A stretch of DNA of 64,000 nt from a virus (taxonomy: Duplodnaviria; Caudoviricetes). The stretch lies in IMG/VR virus record IMGVR_UViG_3300037067_018433; one strand, written 5' to 3'. Under the pieces are notes generated by a model. It did no database searches and was not told the DNA's origin. It saw nothing but the letters and a program-made list of their open reading frames with translations. Shown in pieces: positions 63,485-64,000 of the stretch. Numbering within the stretch: position 1 is the first letter of the stretch; each line of letters starts with the position of its first letter. Both the position numbers and the translations under genes were made by a program.

Positions 63485-64000
63485 ATGAGTCTTGTGGGCA
63501 AAAACGGCACCCCAGCGGAACGCCAGCGGGGTCTGATCTTCGTTGAGGACTTCCGGTCGGTGGACGACGTTGTACGCAACGGGATGGTCGTGGGCGGTGG
63601 CACGCCGACGTTCGGGCCGGGTGCGGTCTACACGAACGGAACAACGGACGACCTTCAATACCCCATCGCGAACACGACGCTGACTGGAAGCCGTGCGTTC
63701 ACTGTAATGATGGAGTTGTCTCCCACGGCATTGAATGCAGCACGACGAACTGCTGTGTATCTGGGCGGTGCGAACGGGATCTATCTTGGGCTCCTAAACA
63801 CCAACAGGTTTGGTGGGGGACTGAACGGCGTCACGAGCATTGATAGCAATGTGACGCCCGACCTGTCATCGTGGTACTGGTTGGCGTTGTCTCATCCGGG
63901 TGGGGCCGGTACACTACGGCTGTACTTGAACGGAATCGAGGTAGGATCGGTTCCCGCTATCACTCCTGCAATTACAGCGGGCCTCGTAGAAGTAGGGATG
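63485..64000 (+). CDS. LamG/concanavalin A-like tail or fibre protein, 3'-truncated (not in the ORF track)
   Basis: Open frame MSLVGKNG...AFTVMMEL...SWYWLALS...LRLYLNGIEV. Confidence 0.7.
   Translation, partial: MSLVGKNGTPAERQRGLIFVEDFRSVDDVVRNGMVVGGGTPTFGPGAVYTNGTTDDLQYPIANTTLTGSRAFTVMMELSPTALNAARRTAVYLGGANGIYLGLLNTNRFGGGLNGVTSIDSNVTPDLSSWYWLALSHPGGAGTLRLYLNGIEVGSVPAITPAITAGLVEVGM

Noticed and set aside
1-64000. Stop-codon reassignment
   Set aside because: Core genes are full length under the standard code; TAG, TGA and TAA all end genes at sensible places; no suppressor tRNA was seen.

Overview
A 64-kb, high-GC segment of a large tailed dsDNA phage (Caudoviricetes, standard genetic code); no host chromosome is evident. 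Minus-strand blocks carry replication and recombination genes (family A DNA polymerase, DnaB, DnaG-type primase, RecA, Cas4-like nuclease, RusA-like resolvase, UDG, SF2 helicase, Zn-rich SSB-like protein), many small hypothetical genes, and a ~1.5-kb structured RNA island (tmRNA, tRNA-Pro, tRNA-like elements). Plus-strand blocks carry virion genes (portal, TerL, prohead protease, scaffold-like proteins, major capsid, adaptor, baseplate spike, LamG protein), a LigD-phosphoesterase/ligase fusion, and a single-chain beta-beta' RNA polymerase with a LAGLIDADG intein in its trigger loop. Two patterns stand out. (1) A two-promoter logic: a bipartite motif (AAAA-N15/16-G[G/T]CATAAGA, 5 copies) heads the minus-strand blocks and sits back-to-back with sigma70-like, mostly leaderless promoters for the virion and RNAP genes, suggesting a packaged RNAP for early genes and host RNAP for late genes. 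(2) A K-x-A motif saturates a family of putative internal head proteins, often in a shared G[R/Q]xxA[H/R]...KxA helix, suggesting a protease-cleaved packaging-tag system. All functional calls come from motif recognition by eye; no database searches were run.
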